NCBI GenBank assembly: GCA_018333605.1
Contig: JAGXSV010000023.1
Coordinates: forward strand, 9,109 to 73,108
Reading direction: 5' to 3'
Source: Hydrogenophaga sp.
GTDB taxonomy: Bacteria > Pseudomonadota > Gammaproteobacteria > Burkholderiales > Burkholderiaceae_C
Length of the DNA: 64,000 nt
Positions 29,796 to 39,929 of this stretch are shown piece by piece. The position numbers and the translations under genes were made by a program. The notes below the pieces were generated by a model. It saw nothing but the letters and a program-made list of their open reading frames with translations, made no database searches and was not told the origin of the DNA. Each line of letters starts with the position of its first letter. The first letter of the stretch is position 1.

Positions 29796-31889
29796 TCAGG
29801 CCATGCCTTGGTGGCGCAGCAAGGCATCGATGCTCGGCTCTCGCCCGCGAAACGCCTTGAACGACTCCATGGCCGGGCGGCTTCCGCCAGCTTCCAGGAT
29901 GGCCTGGCGGTAGCGGCGCCCGGTGGCCACGTCGAGCGTGCTGTGGCCATTGGCCTGGGCCGCTTCTTCAAAAGCGGCGTAGGCGTCAGCCGACAGCACT
30001 TCAGCCCACTTGTAGCTGTAGTAACCCGCGGAATAGCCGCCGGCAAAGATGTGGCTGAAGGTGTGGGGCGTGCGGCTGTAGGCGGGCGGTTGCAGCACCG
30101 CGACCTCGTCGCGCACCTGCTGTTGCAGCGCCAGAATGGCTTCGCCGCTCGTGACAGGCTCGGGCTGGCTGTGCAACAGCATGTCAAAGAGCGAAAACTC
30201 CACCTGACGCAGCGTTTGCAGACCGCTTTGGTAGTTTTTGGCGGCGAGCATCTTGTCGAACAGCGCGCGTGGCAGCGGCTCCCCAGTGTCCACATGGGCC
30301 GTCATGTGCTTGAGCACGTCCCATTCCCAGCAGAAATTTTCCATGAACTGGCTGGGCAGCTCCACAGCATCCCATTCCACGCCGCTGATGCCCGATACAT
30401 CGCGTTCGTTCACCTGGGTCAGCATGTGGTGCAGGCCGTGACCGAATTCGTGGAAGAGGGTGATCACATCGTCGTGGGTGAGCAGTGGTGGCTTCTTGAT
30501 GCCGTCGACCTCAACGCTGTCGGCAAAATTGCAGACCAGGTGGGCCACCGGCGTTTGCAGCAGCCCCGTGTCCGGGCGCAGCCAGCGGGCCCGGACATCG
30601 TCCATCCAGGCGCCACCGCGTTTGCCGGTGCGTGCGGCCGGGTCCAGGTAAAACCGGCCCACCAGCTGCGTGCCTTCGGGCGTGCTGCGTTCAATGCGGT
30701 AAAACTCGACGCCTGGATTCCAGACGGGCGCAGTGTCGCGTCGAATGGCCACTTCGAACAGCGTTTCAACGATCTGGAACAAGCCCGCCAGTACCTTGGG
30801 GGCTGTGAAATACGGTTTGACTTCTTGCTCGCTGAAGGCGTAGCGCGCTTCCTTGAGCTTTTCGCCGATGTAGGGCCAGTCCCAGGCCTGCGGATCGTTC
30901 AGGCCCAGTTCGCTGGCGGCGAAGGCACGAAGATCGGCCACGTCTTTGTCGGCATACGGCCGGGCCTTCTGGCCCAGATCGCGCAGGAATGCAATCACTT
31001 GTTCCGGTGTTTCGGCCATCTTGGGCACCAGCGAGACGTCCGCAAAGTGGCGGTGGCCCAACAGTTTCGCTTCTTCATGGCGCAGCGCCAGCAGCTCGCC
31101 CATGATCGCCGCGTTGTCGAACTTCACGGCATCGCCCTCGGCCTGGTCGCTGGCTCGGGTGGCGTAGGCGCGGTAGAGCTTTTCGCGCAGCGCACTGCTG
31201 TGGGCGAACTGCATCACGGGCAGATAGCAAGGCATTTTCAGCGTGAGCTTGTGACCGGTCTTGTCATCGGTCTTGGCCGCAGCGGCGGTGGCCTGTTGCA
31301 CGTCTTCGGGCACACCCTTCAGGTCTTCGGTCGAAACGTACAGGGCGAACGCATCGGTTGCATCCAGTGCGTTTTCACTGAATTTCTGGCCCAGTTCGGC
31401 CTGGCGTTCTTGCAGCCAGGCAAAGCGGAGTTTGGCCTCGCCTTGCAGGTCGGCACCACCCAGCACGAAACCGCGCATGGCATTTTTGTGGGCCTGGGCC
31501 TGCTCGGGTGTCAGGCTGGCCGGATCCATGGCCTTGTATTTGGCGTAGAGCCGCTCGTCAGCGCCCAGGCGGGTCCAGAACTCGGTGACCTTGGGGAGGG
31601 CTTCGTTGTAGGCCGCACGCAACTCGGGCGTGTCGGCCACGCTGTTAAGGTGGCTCACCGCTCCCCAGGCGCGTGAAAGGCGTTCTGCGGGAACGTCCAG
31701 AGTCCGGGAGATTTTTGACCATTCCGCAGGAAACTCCGTTGCCGTGACCGTTTCAAGCGCGGAGCTGGTGGCCTCCAGCAGGGCGTCAATGGCCGGCGCC
31801 ACCAACGTGGGCGTGATGACATCAAACAGCGGCAGATCGGAAAAATCCAGCAAGGGATTGAGTGTGGCGGGGGCGGTGCGGTCGTTCAT
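29796..31889 (-). CDS. prlC: Oligopeptidase A (M3 family)
   Basis: HEFGHGLHH zinc motif, WDAVELPSQ, GYYSYKWAE. Confidence 0.94.
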   Translation of the reverse strand: MNDRTAPATLNPLLDFSDLPLFDVITPTLVAPAIDALLEATSSALETVTATEFPAEWSKISRTLDVPAERLSRAWGAVSHLNSVADTPELRAAYNEALPKVTEFWTRLGADERLYAKYKAMDPASLTPEQAQAHKNAMRGFVLGGADLQGEAKLRFAWLQERQAELGQKFSENALDATDAFALYVSTEDLKGVPEDVQQATAAAAKTDDKTGHKLTLKMPCYLPVMQFAHSSALREKLYRAYATRASDQAEGDAVKFDNAAIMGELLALRHEEAKLLGHRHFADVSLVPKMAETPEQVIAFLRDLGQKARPYADKDVADLRAFAASELGLNDPQAWDWPYIGEKLKEARYAFSEQEVKPYFTAPKVLAGLFQIVETLFEVAIRRDTAPVWNPGVEFYRIERSTPEGTQLVGRFYLDPAARTGKRGGAWMDDVRARWLRPDTGLLQTPVAHLVCNFADSVEVDGIKKPPLLTHDDVITLFHEFGHGLHHMLTQVNERDVSGISGVEWDAVELPSQFMENFCWEWDVLKHMTAHVDTGEPLPRALFDKMLAAKNYQSGLQTLRQVEFSLFDMLLHSQPEPVTSGEAILALQQQVRDEVAVLQPPAYSRTPHTFSHIFAGGYSAGYYSYKWAEVLSADAYAAFEEAAQANGHSTLDVATGRRYRQAILEAGGSRPAMESFKAFRGREPSIDALLRHQGMA

Positions 31890-32033
31890 GGCTGTTCAGA
31901 TGTGGCGCTGGGTGCGAAGTTCAAGTCGGTGGGAGGCTGTTGCAGGCAGTACCGGGTAAAAAAAAGGACAACAAAGCATGTTAGCCATGCCCGATTGTCC
32001 TGTGTACTGTCCGGAAGGCGTTCCGGCCCGTGC

Positions 32034-32510
32034 TTATTGCGATTGAGCGCTTTTCTTGACGCTTTTTTGCATCGGCTTGGCGCGTTTGACCTGGCCACCG
32101 GTGGTCAGGCGCTGGTTGCCCAGCACGCGCACCACTTTCACCTCAGGCCGCTGACCGCCGCGGCTGCTGAATTTCAACACCTTGACATCGCGTGGACCGG
32201 GCATGCGGTCTTCGTCAACCGCTTTTTCTTTCTCGGGCATGGGACGCCAGAGCACCAGCAGCTTGCCAATGTGTTGGATCGGCGCGGCGTCGAGTTCATC
32301 GGCCAATGTTTGCAGCATGGCTTCCCGGGCTGCACGGTCGTCGTTGAAAACACGAATCTTGATCAACCCATGCGCTTTGAGTGCCGCATCGGCTTCTTTT
32401 TTGACGGCAGGGCTCAGTCCGTCGCCGCCAATATGGACGACAGGATCAAGGTGGTGGGCCTCGGCGCGGTGGACTTTGCGCTGGGCGGGGGTGAGTGTGA
32501 TCTGAGGCAT
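32034..32510 (-). CDS. yhbY: YhbY/CRM-domain RNA-binding protein
   Basis: HHLDPVVHIG, HGLIKIR, QHIGKLLVLWR; divergent from rlmE. Confidence 0.9.
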   Translation of the reverse strand: MPQITLTPAQRKVHRAEAHHLDPVVHIGGDGLSPAVKKEADAALKAHGLIKIRVFNDDRAAREAMLQTLADELDAAPIQHIGKLLVLWRPMPEKEKAVDEDRMPGPRDVKVLKFSSRGGQRPEVKVVRVLGNQRLTTGGQVKRAKPMQKSVKKSAQSQ

Positions 32511-32582
32511 GGGACAATTATCGTTTAACGGCGGCCGTTGTGCGTTTTTCGTGCAGGCTGCCTGTCAGGGTCTGTGCGCAGC

Positions 32583-33284
32583 ATGAAAGTCAAAACCAAG
32601 AGCAAGAAGGTCAACAAGGCCTGGCTCAATCAACACGTCAACGATACCTATGTGCTTCTGGCCAAGAAGGACGGGTACCGAGCGCGCGCTGCCTACAAGC
32701 TCAAAGAGCTCGACGAAACGCTGGGGCTGATCCGTCCGGGGCAGTGTGTGGTGGACCTGGGTTCCACACCCGGTGCCTGGAGCCAGTATGCCCGGCGCCG
32801 TCTGAGCCCGCAGGGTGCGGCCGTGGGGGCGCTGCACGGCACCATCATCGCGCTGGACATGTTGCCCATGGACCCGGTTGAGGGCGTGCACTTCATTCTG
32901 GGCGATTTCGGTGAGCCCGTGGTGCTGGCCCAGCTTGAACAGTCGTTGCTGGACCGCGGCGTGAGTGCCGTGGATGTGGTTTTGTCGGACATGGCGCCCA
33001 ATCTCTCGGGCATTGGCTCCACCGATGCAGCCCGCATTGCCGACCTGGTCGAGTTGGCGGTGGACTTTGCCGTGAATCACCTCAAACCCGACGGCGCGCT
33101 CGTGGTCAAGCTCTTTCATGGTGGCGCCTACGACCCCATGGTGGCGCTGTTTCGGCAGACTTTTCGCACCGTCAAAGCGATCAAACCCAAGGCTTCGAGA
33201 GAAAAATCGTCTGAAACCTTTCTGGTTGGCATGGGTCTCAAAAACAAGCGCTTGCCTGACGCGGGTGTCGACACACCAAAATGA
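32583..33284 (+). CDS. rlmE: 23S rRNA Um2552 methyltransferase
   Basis: GYRARAAYKL, VDLGSTPGAWS, SDMAPN, KPKASR. Confidence 0.95.
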   Translation: MKVKTKSKKVNKAWLNQHVNDTYVLLAKKDGYRARAAYKLKELDETLGLIRPGQCVVDLGSTPGAWSQYARRRLSPQGAAVGALHGTIIALDMLPMDPVEGVHFILGDFGEPVVLAQLEQSLLDRGVSAVDVVLSDMAPNLSGIGSTDAARIADLVELAVDFAVNHLKPDGALVVKLFHGGAYDPMVALFRQTFRTVKAIKPKASREKSSETFLVGMGLKNKRLPDAGVDTPK

Positions 33285-33396
33285 CTAACCCTTCGATTGA
33301 TATTGCCTCAGTATTTATCAAGGGCACGCCCGCTTGAAAGTCCTAAAATGGACTCAACATGTTTATGTCTATCAATATCCCCGCCAGGAGCAGCAC

Positions 33397-35313
33397 TTGA
33401 ACAACCAGTGGTTTTCGAAAATCGCCGTGTGGATGGTTATCGCCATGGTGCTTTTCACCGTCTTCAAGCAGTTTGACGGTCGCACCAACGCGAGTGCCGG
33501 TACGGTCGGCTACTCCGAGTTTCTTGATCTCGTCAAATCTGGCGGTCTCAAGTCGGCCACCATTCAGGAAGGCGCAGGCGGCACCGACATCGTGGCCATT
33601 ACTACCGATGACCGTCGCGTGCGCACCACCGCCACTTACCTCGACCGCGGTCTGGTCGGCGACCTGATCAACAACAACGTCAAATTTGATGTGCGTCCCC
33701 GCGAAGAAGGCTCGCTGCTGATGACCTTGCTGGTCAGCTGGGGTCCCATGTTGCTGCTGATTGGTGTGTGGATTTATTTCATGCGCCAGATGCAGGGTGG
33801 CGGCAAAGGCGGTGCTTTCAGCTTCGGCAAGAGCAAGGCGCGGCTGCTTGACGAAAGCAGCAACACCGTGACGTTTGCGGACGTGGCAGGTTGCGACGAA
33901 GCCAAGGAAGAAGTCAAAGAGGTGGTGGACTTCCTGAAAGATCCGGCCAAATTCCAAAAGCTGGGTGGGCGCATTCCCCGCGGTCTGTTGCTGGTCGGCC
34001 CTCCCGGCACCGGTAAAACCTTGCTGGCCAAGGGCATTGCTGGCGAAGCCAAGGTGCCGTTTTTCAGCATTTCAGGTTCTGATTTCGTGGAAATGTTTGT
34101 CGGTGTGGGTGCATCTCGCGTGCGCGACATGTTCGACAACGCCAAGAAAAACGCACCCTGCATCATCTTCATCGACGAGATCGACGCTGTCGGGCGCCAG
34201 CGGGGCGCGGGCCTTGGCGGCGGCAACGACGAGCGTGAGCAGACGCTGAACCAGATGCTGGTCGAGATGGACGGCTTTGACACTAACGCTGGCGTGATCG
34301 TGGTGGCTGCCACCAACCGGCCCGACATTCTGGACGCTGCTTTGCTGCGCCCAGGCCGATTTGACCGGCAGGTGTATGTGACGCTGCCCGATATCCGCGG
34401 CCGTGAGCAAATTTTGAACGTTCACATGCGCAAGGTGCCCTTGGGTACCGACGTGAACCCGAGCGTGATCGCCCGCGGCACGCCCGGCATGAGCGGTGCC
34501 GACCTGGCCAACCTGTGCAACGAGGCCGCGCTGATGGCTGCACGCCGCAACGCTCGCGTGGTGGAAATGCAGGACTTCGAGAAGGCCAAGGACAAGATCT
34601 TCATGGGTCCCGAGCGCAAGAGCATGGTCATGCCCGAGGAAGAGCGCCGCAACACGGCGTACCACGAATCCGGCCACGCACTCATCGGTAAGCTCCTGCC
34701 CAAGTGCGATCCGGTGCACAAGGTCACCATCATTCCCCGCGGCCGTGCCCTGGGTGTGACGATGAGCCTGCCGGCCCAAGACCGCTACAGCTACGACAAA
34801 GACTACATGCTGAACCAGATCAGCATGCTGTTCGGTGGCCGCATTGCCGAAGAGGTGTTCATGCACCAGATGACCACCGGTGCCAGCAACGACTTTGAGC
34901 GTGCGACGACAATTGCCCGTGACATGGTCATGCGCTACGGCATGACCGATGCGCTGGGACCGATGGTGTACGCGGAAAACGAAGGGGAAGTGTTCCTTGG
35001 CCGTTCGGTGACGAAAACCACGAACATGAGCGAGCAGACCATGCAAAAGGTCGACAGTGAAGTGCGCCGCATCATTGACCAGCAATACAAACTGGCCCGT
35101 GATCTGATCGAACAGCACACCGACCAGATGCACGCCATGGCCAAGGCCTTGCTGGAATGGGAGACCATTGATGCAGACCAGATCGATGACATCATGGCGG
35201 GCAAGCCACCGCGTCCTCCCAAAGACTGGACGCCGCGCAACCCCTCTGTGGGTGGTGGTGGAAATGGCGCCTCGCCTGCGGTGAGCACGGATCCGGCGCC
35301 GACCGCCGCCTGA
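33397..35313 (+). CDS. ftsH: ATP-dependent zinc metalloprotease FtsH
   Basis: TTG start after CAGGAG; GPPGTGKT Walker A, AAA second region of homology, HESGH zinc motif. Confidence 0.97.
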   Translation: MNNQWFSKIAVWMVIAMVLFTVFKQFDGRTNASAGTVGYSEFLDLVKSGGLKSATIQEGAGGTDIVAITTDDRRVRTTATYLDRGLVGDLINNNVKFDVRPREEGSLLMTLLVSWGPMLLLIGVWIYFMRQMQGGGKGGAFSFGKSKARLLDESSNTVTFADVAGCDEAKEEVKEVVDFLKDPAKFQKLGGRIPRGLLLVGPPGTGKTLLAKGIAGEAKVPFFSISGSDFVEMFVGVGASRVRDMFDNAKKNAPCIIFIDEIDAVGRQRGAGLGGGNDEREQTLNQMLVEMDGFDTNAGVIVVAATNRPDILDAALLRPGRFDRQVYVTLPDIRGREQILNVHMRKVPLGTDVNPSVIARGTPGMSGADLANLCNEAALMAARRNARVVEMQDFEKAKDKIFMGPERKSMVMPEEERRNTAYHESGHALIGKLLPKCDPVHKVTIIPRGRALGVTMSLPAQDRYSYDKDYMLNQISMLFGGRIAEEVFMHQMTTGASNDFERATTIARDMVMRYGMTDALGPMVYAENEGEVFLGRSVTKTTNMSEQTMQKVDSEVRRIIDQQYKLARDLIEQHTDQMHAMAKALLEWETIDADQIDDIMAGKPPRPPKDWTPRNPSVGGGGNGASPAVSTDPAPTAA

Positions 35314-35339
35314 ACCAGCGGTTCGTCCAGTTTCAATAT

Positions 35340-35372
35340 GCGGGGCCTAGGGCCCCGCTGTTGTTTTCTCTT
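35340..35372 (+). terminator. Terminator after ftsH
   Basis: GCGGGGCC-tag-GGCCCCGC stem followed by a T-rich tract. Confidence 0.65.
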
Positions 35373-35396
35373 TCAGTGTTGGATGCAAGGTACGTC

Positions 35397-36227
35397 ATGC
35401 GCTGGCTCACTTCCCGCTTTGACTTGGATCTGTCCACCCCTCAGGTGATGGGCATCGTCAACGTGACGCCCGATTCGTTTTCGGACGGTGGCCGGCACGC
35501 CACCACCGCAGCGGCCCTGCGTTACTGCGAGCAGCTGTTGAAGGACGGCGCTCACATGCTCGACATTGGCGGCGAGTCGACTCGGCCTGGTAGCCCGGCG
35601 GTAGGACTGGTGGAAGAATTGGCCCGCGTGCTGCCCGTGGTGCAGGGTGCGGTGACGCTGGGCGTTCCCGTGTCCGTGGACACGTACAAGCCCGAGGTGA
35701 TGCGCGCCGTGCTCGACGCAGGCGCTGATGTGGTGAACGACATATGGGCCTTGCGCCAGGGTGATGCCCTGGCGGTTATCGCTTCTCACCCGCGATGTGG
35801 CGTGTGTCTGATGCACATGCACCGCGACCCGCAAACCATGCAGTTGGCGCCCATGGAAGGCGAGGTGGTGAATCAGGTTGGCGATTTCTTGCGTGAACGG
35901 GCAGAGGCCTTGACGGCGCTGGGTGTAACCTTTGAGCGCATCGTTCTTGATCCCGGCATTGGTTTTGGCAAAACAGTGGCGCAAAACTTTAGCTTGCTGG
36001 CGCGCCAGAAACCCTTGCTGGCGTTGGGGTATCCGTTGCTGGCGGGTTGGTCCCGCAAGTCCTCGCTGGGGCAGGTGACAGGGCGCGAGGTGCCGGCAGA
36101 GCGCGTGTCAGCCAGTGTGGCTGCGGCCCTGTTGTCGGTCGAGCGGGGTGCACGTGTGGTGCGCGTGCACGACGTTCGTGAAACCGTCGATGCACTGAAG
36201 GTCTGGCAGGCCAGTTTGCCACTGTAA
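35397..36227 (+). CDS. folP: Dihydropteroate synthase
   Basis: MGIVNVTPDSFSDGG, DIGGESTRPG, DPGIGFGK, SRKS, RVHDV. Confidence 0.96.
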   Translation: MRWLTSRFDLDLSTPQVMGIVNVTPDSFSDGGRHATTAAALRYCEQLLKDGAHMLDIGGESTRPGSPAVGLVEELARVLPVVQGAVTLGVPVSVDTYKPEVMRAVLDAGADVVNDIWALRQGDALAVIASHPRCGVCLMHMHRDPQTMQLAPMEGEVVNQVGDFLRERAEALTALGVTFERIVLDPGIGFGKTVAQNFSLLARQKPLLALGYPLLAGWSRKSSLGQVTGREVPAERVSASVAAALLSVERGARVVRVHDVRETVDALKVWQASLPL

Positions 36228-36335
36228 GGCTCAGCCCCGCAGTGGCACCCGGATAATGCGGGATGGTGCGGACCGGACACCGGTACCGACATTTCACCAA
36301 AGATCCACGGACTTCAAGAAGAGAAAGACGATCGC

Positions 36336-37679
36336 ATGACTCGCAAATATTTCGGTACCGACGGCATCCGCGGTACCGTTGGCCAAGCGCCTATCACGCC
36401 CGATTTTGTACTCAGACTGGCTCATGCGGTGGGCCGTGTGCTCAAGCGCACGGAAGCGCGCCCTGCGGTACTGATTGGAAAAGACACCCGTATTTCAGGT
36501 TACATGCTGGAAAGTGCCCTCGAAAGCGGTTTCAACTCGGCGGGCGTGGACGTGGTGCTGTTGGGGCCTGTGCCCACTCCCGCCGTGGCCTACCTGACCC
36601 GAGCCCAGCGGGCCAGCCTGGGGGTGGTGATTTCGGCCAGCCACAACCCGTTTGCAGACAACGGCATCAAGTTCTTCAGTGCCCTTGGCACCAAGCTGCC
36701 GGATGACTGGGAGCTTGCGGTGGAATCTGTTCTGGAAGAGGCACCGGTGTGGGTCGACTCTGCCAGTCTGGGTAAGACCCGGCGCATGGATGACGCCTCT
36801 GGACGCTACATTGAGTTTTGCAAAAGCACCTGTTCGCACTCATTCTCTTTGAAAGGCCTGAAGATCGTGGTCGATGGTGCCAATGGTGCCGCGTACCAAA
36901 TTGCCCCTGACGTGTTCCATGAACTCGGCGCGGAGATGATCAAGATTGGCTGTGCGCCCGATGGCCTGAACATCAACCAGGCCGTGGGCGCTACCCACCC
37001 ACAGGCCCTGGTGGAGGCGGTGAAGGCCCATGGCGCAGACTATGGCATTGCCTTGGACGGAGATGCGGATCGACTCCAGATGGTGGACTCCAGCGGTCGC
37101 TTGTTCAATGGCGATGAGCTGTTGTACCTGATTGCTTCAGACCGGATTGCGCGTGATATCGATGTGCCCGGTGTGGTCGGCACACTCATGACGAACAAGG
37201 CGGTGGAGGTGGCTTTCAAGCGTAAAGGGGTGAAGTTCGTGCGCGCCAGGGTGGGAGACCGCTATGTGCTGGAAGAATTGGAACGCCATGGCTGGGTGCT
37301 GGGGGGCGAGGGCTCTGGGCATATTCTCGTGCTGGACCGCCACACCACGGGTGATGGCCTCGTATCGGCCTTGCAGGTGCTGCACGCGTGCGTGGACAGC
37401 GGCAAGACGATGGCGCAATTGCTGGCCGATGTCACGCTGTTCCCGCAAACCCTCATCAATGTGCGTCTGCAGCCCGGCCAGGATTGGAAAACCAACCAGC
37501 GCCTGACCGACGAAACCCGCGCCGTGGAGGCCGAGCTGGGTGACGCCGGGCGGGTGCTGATCCGTGCCAGCGGCACCGAACCGCTGCTACGGGTGATGGT
37601 GGAAGCACGCGACGCCCAGCAGGCACAGTCTTGCGCCGAGCGCCTCGTCGATGCTGTGCAATGCCAGGTGCCCGCATGA
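36336..37679 (+). CDS. glmM: Phosphoglucosamine mutase
   Basis: [28 protein letters not shown]. Confidence 0.96.
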   Translation: MTRKYFGTDGIRGTVGQAPITPDFVLRLAHAVGRVLKRTEARPAVLIGKDTRISGYMLESALESGFNSAGVDVVLLGPVPTPAVAYLTRAQRASLGVVISASHNPFADNGIKFFSALGTKLPDDWELAVESVLEEAPVWVDSASLGKTRRMDDASGRYIEFCKSTCSHSFSLKGLKIVVDGANGAAYQIAPDVFHELGAEMIKIGCAPDGLNINQAVGATHPQALVEAVKAHGADYGIALDGDADRLQMVDSSGRLFNGDELLYLIASDRIARDIDVPGVVGTLMTNKAVEVAFKRKGVKFVRARVGDRYVLEELERHGWVLGGEGSGHILVLDRHTTGDGLVSALQVLHACVDSGKTMAQLLADVTLFPQTLINVRLQPGQDWKTNQRLTDETRAVEAELGDAGRVLIRASGTEPLLRVMVEARDAQQAQSCAERLVDAVQCQVPA

Positions 37680-38209
37680 GTGCGCCTGGCCAGACCTACA
37701 CGCCTGCCCCGATCCGGGTGGTGCGCGCAGACTACGCCAATCCGGCACACGCCGATGCGATGGTGATGTTGCTCGACGCCTATGCCCGCGACCCCGCCGG
37801 CGGTGGCGAGCCTTTGTCGGACTTCGCGAGGAGAAATCTGGTCCCGGCACTTGCCAGCAGACCGCAGGCCTACAGTGTGCTGGCTTGGGACGGCGATGCC
37901 CCGGTGGGCCTGGTCAACTGCATGGAGGGCTTTTCTACCTTCGCTTGCAAGCCCTTGGTGAACGTGCACGACGTGGCGGTGCTGGCCAGTCACCGTGGCC
38001 GCGGTGTGGCCCAGCAGATGCTGGCGTTGGCCGAAGCGATGGCCCGCGAGTGCGGTGCGGTGAAGATGACGCTGGAGGTTCTTTCGGGCAATGCGTCGGC
38101 GAGGAAGCTGTACGAGCGCATGGGCTTCGTGGGCTATCAGCTCGATCCAGCGATGGGCACGGCGCAATTCATGCAGAAACTGTTGCCGCCCCAGCCACAG
38201 TCCTGTTGA
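37676..38209 (+). CDS. GNAT-family acetyltransferase
   Basis: [16 protein letters not shown] acetyl-CoA motif, [11 protein letters not shown]. Confidence 0.88.
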   Translation: MSAPGQTYTPAPIRVVRADYANPAHADAMVMLLDAYARDPAGGGEPLSDFARRNLVPALASRPQAYSVLAWDGDAPVGLVNCMEGFSTFACKPLVNVHDVAVLASHRGRGVAQQMLALAEAMARECGAVKMTLEVLSGNASARKLYERMGFVGYQLDPAMGTAQFMQKLLPPQPQSC

Positions 38210-38288
38210 TCGGGCACCACCAGGCGCTCAGGTTCGCGCACATCACCCGACCGTGATGGGCGTGTTGGATGGGCCATTCCATCGTGCG

Positions 38289-39659
38289 TCAGCGTGGCGT
38301 GGAGGACAACCGCAGTTGATCACCTGCCGCCACGCCGCGCAGGAACTCGACCAACCGGGGGTCGGTATTCGCCTCGGCGACCAACTCAGCGGCGCGGATG
38401 GTGTCGCGTGTGAAACCCAGTACGGTTTGCAGACGTGTCGATTTCTGGATCCAGCGCTGCGCCCGCCGCTTGGGCAGAACGGCTTGCAGCGCTTCGGTGC
38501 CGTAGCGCAGGCGCTTGGCCATAATGCGGATGCGGTGCTGGCTTTCCATGTGGCCGATGTCCTTCGTCGCGGCTTGCAATTGCTTGTGAAGCCGGTCCGT
38601 GCGGTGGCGGGCCCAGCGACGCAGCGTCACCGGCTTGTTGCCCGACGGCTCACCGGTCGCTCTGGTGTCGAGCAAGCCTTCTATCCATCGCAGCGCAGCC
38701 AGCAACGCCACACCCACCTCGGGTGCTTCAAGTGCGTACCGCACCGACTTGCGCTGGAGATGGGCGGTCTTCCGCAAGGCTTGTGTCACCGTTTCCCAGT
38801 TTTCTTGGCGACGGATGTCGCCTGCCGTGTAGGCGTCGTACCACTGGGGGAGGGTCTCGGTCAGTGCAACGTCCAGATCTCGCAAGGTGCCCAGAAAACC
38901 CAGCAGCGGTTCGAGGGGTTCCCATGATGGCTGCAGTTCAACCGGCAGCGTTGACCGGAAGAGACGCTGGGCACTTTTGAAACGCCGCCAGCCAACGCGG
39001 GCCTGATGCACGACTTCTGGGTCTTCCGAGGTGCGCAAGGCCTGCAGATTGACGGTGAATTGACCCAGCATTTCTCTAAGCATGTGTCCGGCCGCCACCG
39101 GCACAGGCACGTTGTTTTTGAGCGGGGTGGGCTTCGCTTTCACGGGCGCATCCAGGGTTCCCCGCGACAATGCCGCGCCCCTTTCGGTCAGGCTCAAGGG
39201 GGTCGGCAGCACGGCCAGCGTTGGTGCGATCTTCTGGGCCACTTCGAACAACGCCACCGGATGGCCGGCCATCAACACCAGTTCCAGTTCGCACACAGGG
39301 GCGCTCTGGCCTCCTGCCGAGATGTTTCCGATGTTCAGCACCACATCAATCAGACTGCCATCGCGCTGGCGTACCGGCCAGGTTGTGCGCTCCACCCGGG
39401 TGGTGAAGCAAGGTTCGAGGCTACCCGTAGCCGTGTCATCCGGGGCGATGTTTGGCGGGGTCTCTGATGGGGTGGCGTCCGGTCCCGGCTTGTGCGTGGG
39501 GCTTGGCGATGTCCACTCCACAACCTCGTACTTGGGCTTTCGCCGCACCAGCGGTGGCGTTCGGGCCAACTGCCTGGCCAGCTTGGCTGGGTCTGATGTG
39601 GGCAGCGCCAGCCGGAGTGTTGTCGGGATCGGTTGGAAACTGGGTGCAATGGGCTTCAT
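38289..39659 (-). CDS. CYTH (degenerate) plus CHAD domain protein, polyP-associated
   Basis: CELELVL CYTH C-terminal part; CHAD motifs VHQARVGWRR, RDLDV, HRIRIMAKRLRY. Confidence 0.85.
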   Translation of the reverse strand: MKPIAPSFQPIPTTLRLALPTSDPAKLARQLARTPPLVRRKPKYEVVEWTSPSPTHKPGPDATPSETPPNIAPDDTATGSLEPCFTTRVERTTWPVRQRDGSLIDVVLNIGNISAGGQSAPVCELELVLMAGHPVALFEVAQKIAPTLAVLPTPLSLTERGAALSRGTLDAPVKAKPTPLKNNVPVPVAAGHMLREMLGQFTVNLQALRTSEDPEVVHQARVGWRRFKSAQRLFRSTLPVELQPSWEPLEPLLGFLGTLRDLDVALTETLPQWYDAYTAGDIRRQENWETVTQALRKTAHLQRKSVRYALEAPEVGVALLAALRWIEGLLDTRATGEPSGNKPVTLRRWARHRTDRLHKQLQAATKDIGHMESQHRIRIMAKRLRYGTEALQAVLPKRRAQRWIQKSTRLQTVLGFTRDTIRAAELVAEANTDPRLVEFLRGVAAGDQLRLSSTPR

Positions 39660-39890
39660 GTGAGGCGGTCCCCGGATTCAAGCATGCAAAGGCTGAAGCA
39701 TGACAGATGTCGACAAGCTGTCTCCGGTGCTGCCAACGGTGCTTCGAATGATCGCCCAGGGGCTGCGGTCTTGCACCACAAACAACACCGGGTCGGTGCA
39801 TCGGGTTGCTTTTTATGACCCCGTGTTTAGCACAATCAGACGACATCTTGATGGCATTGTGGTGTGGCTGCCAAACGTTTTGGCTGGGGC

Positions 39891-39907
39891 ATTCATACGG
39901 GTGTCAC
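39891..39907 (+). promoter_or_regulatory. Pho-box-like direct repeat upstream of phaC
   Basis: ATTCAT (39891) and TGTCAC (39902), 11 bp apart. Confidence 0.4.
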
Positions 39908-39929
39908 AGGCCCTGCAGAAGATTGTTCC

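Noticed and set aside
33333-33360. Sigma32-like promoter upstream of ftsH (CTTGAAA...)
   Set aside because: The -35 element fits, but the -10 match to CCCCAT is poor. Plausible but unsupported.
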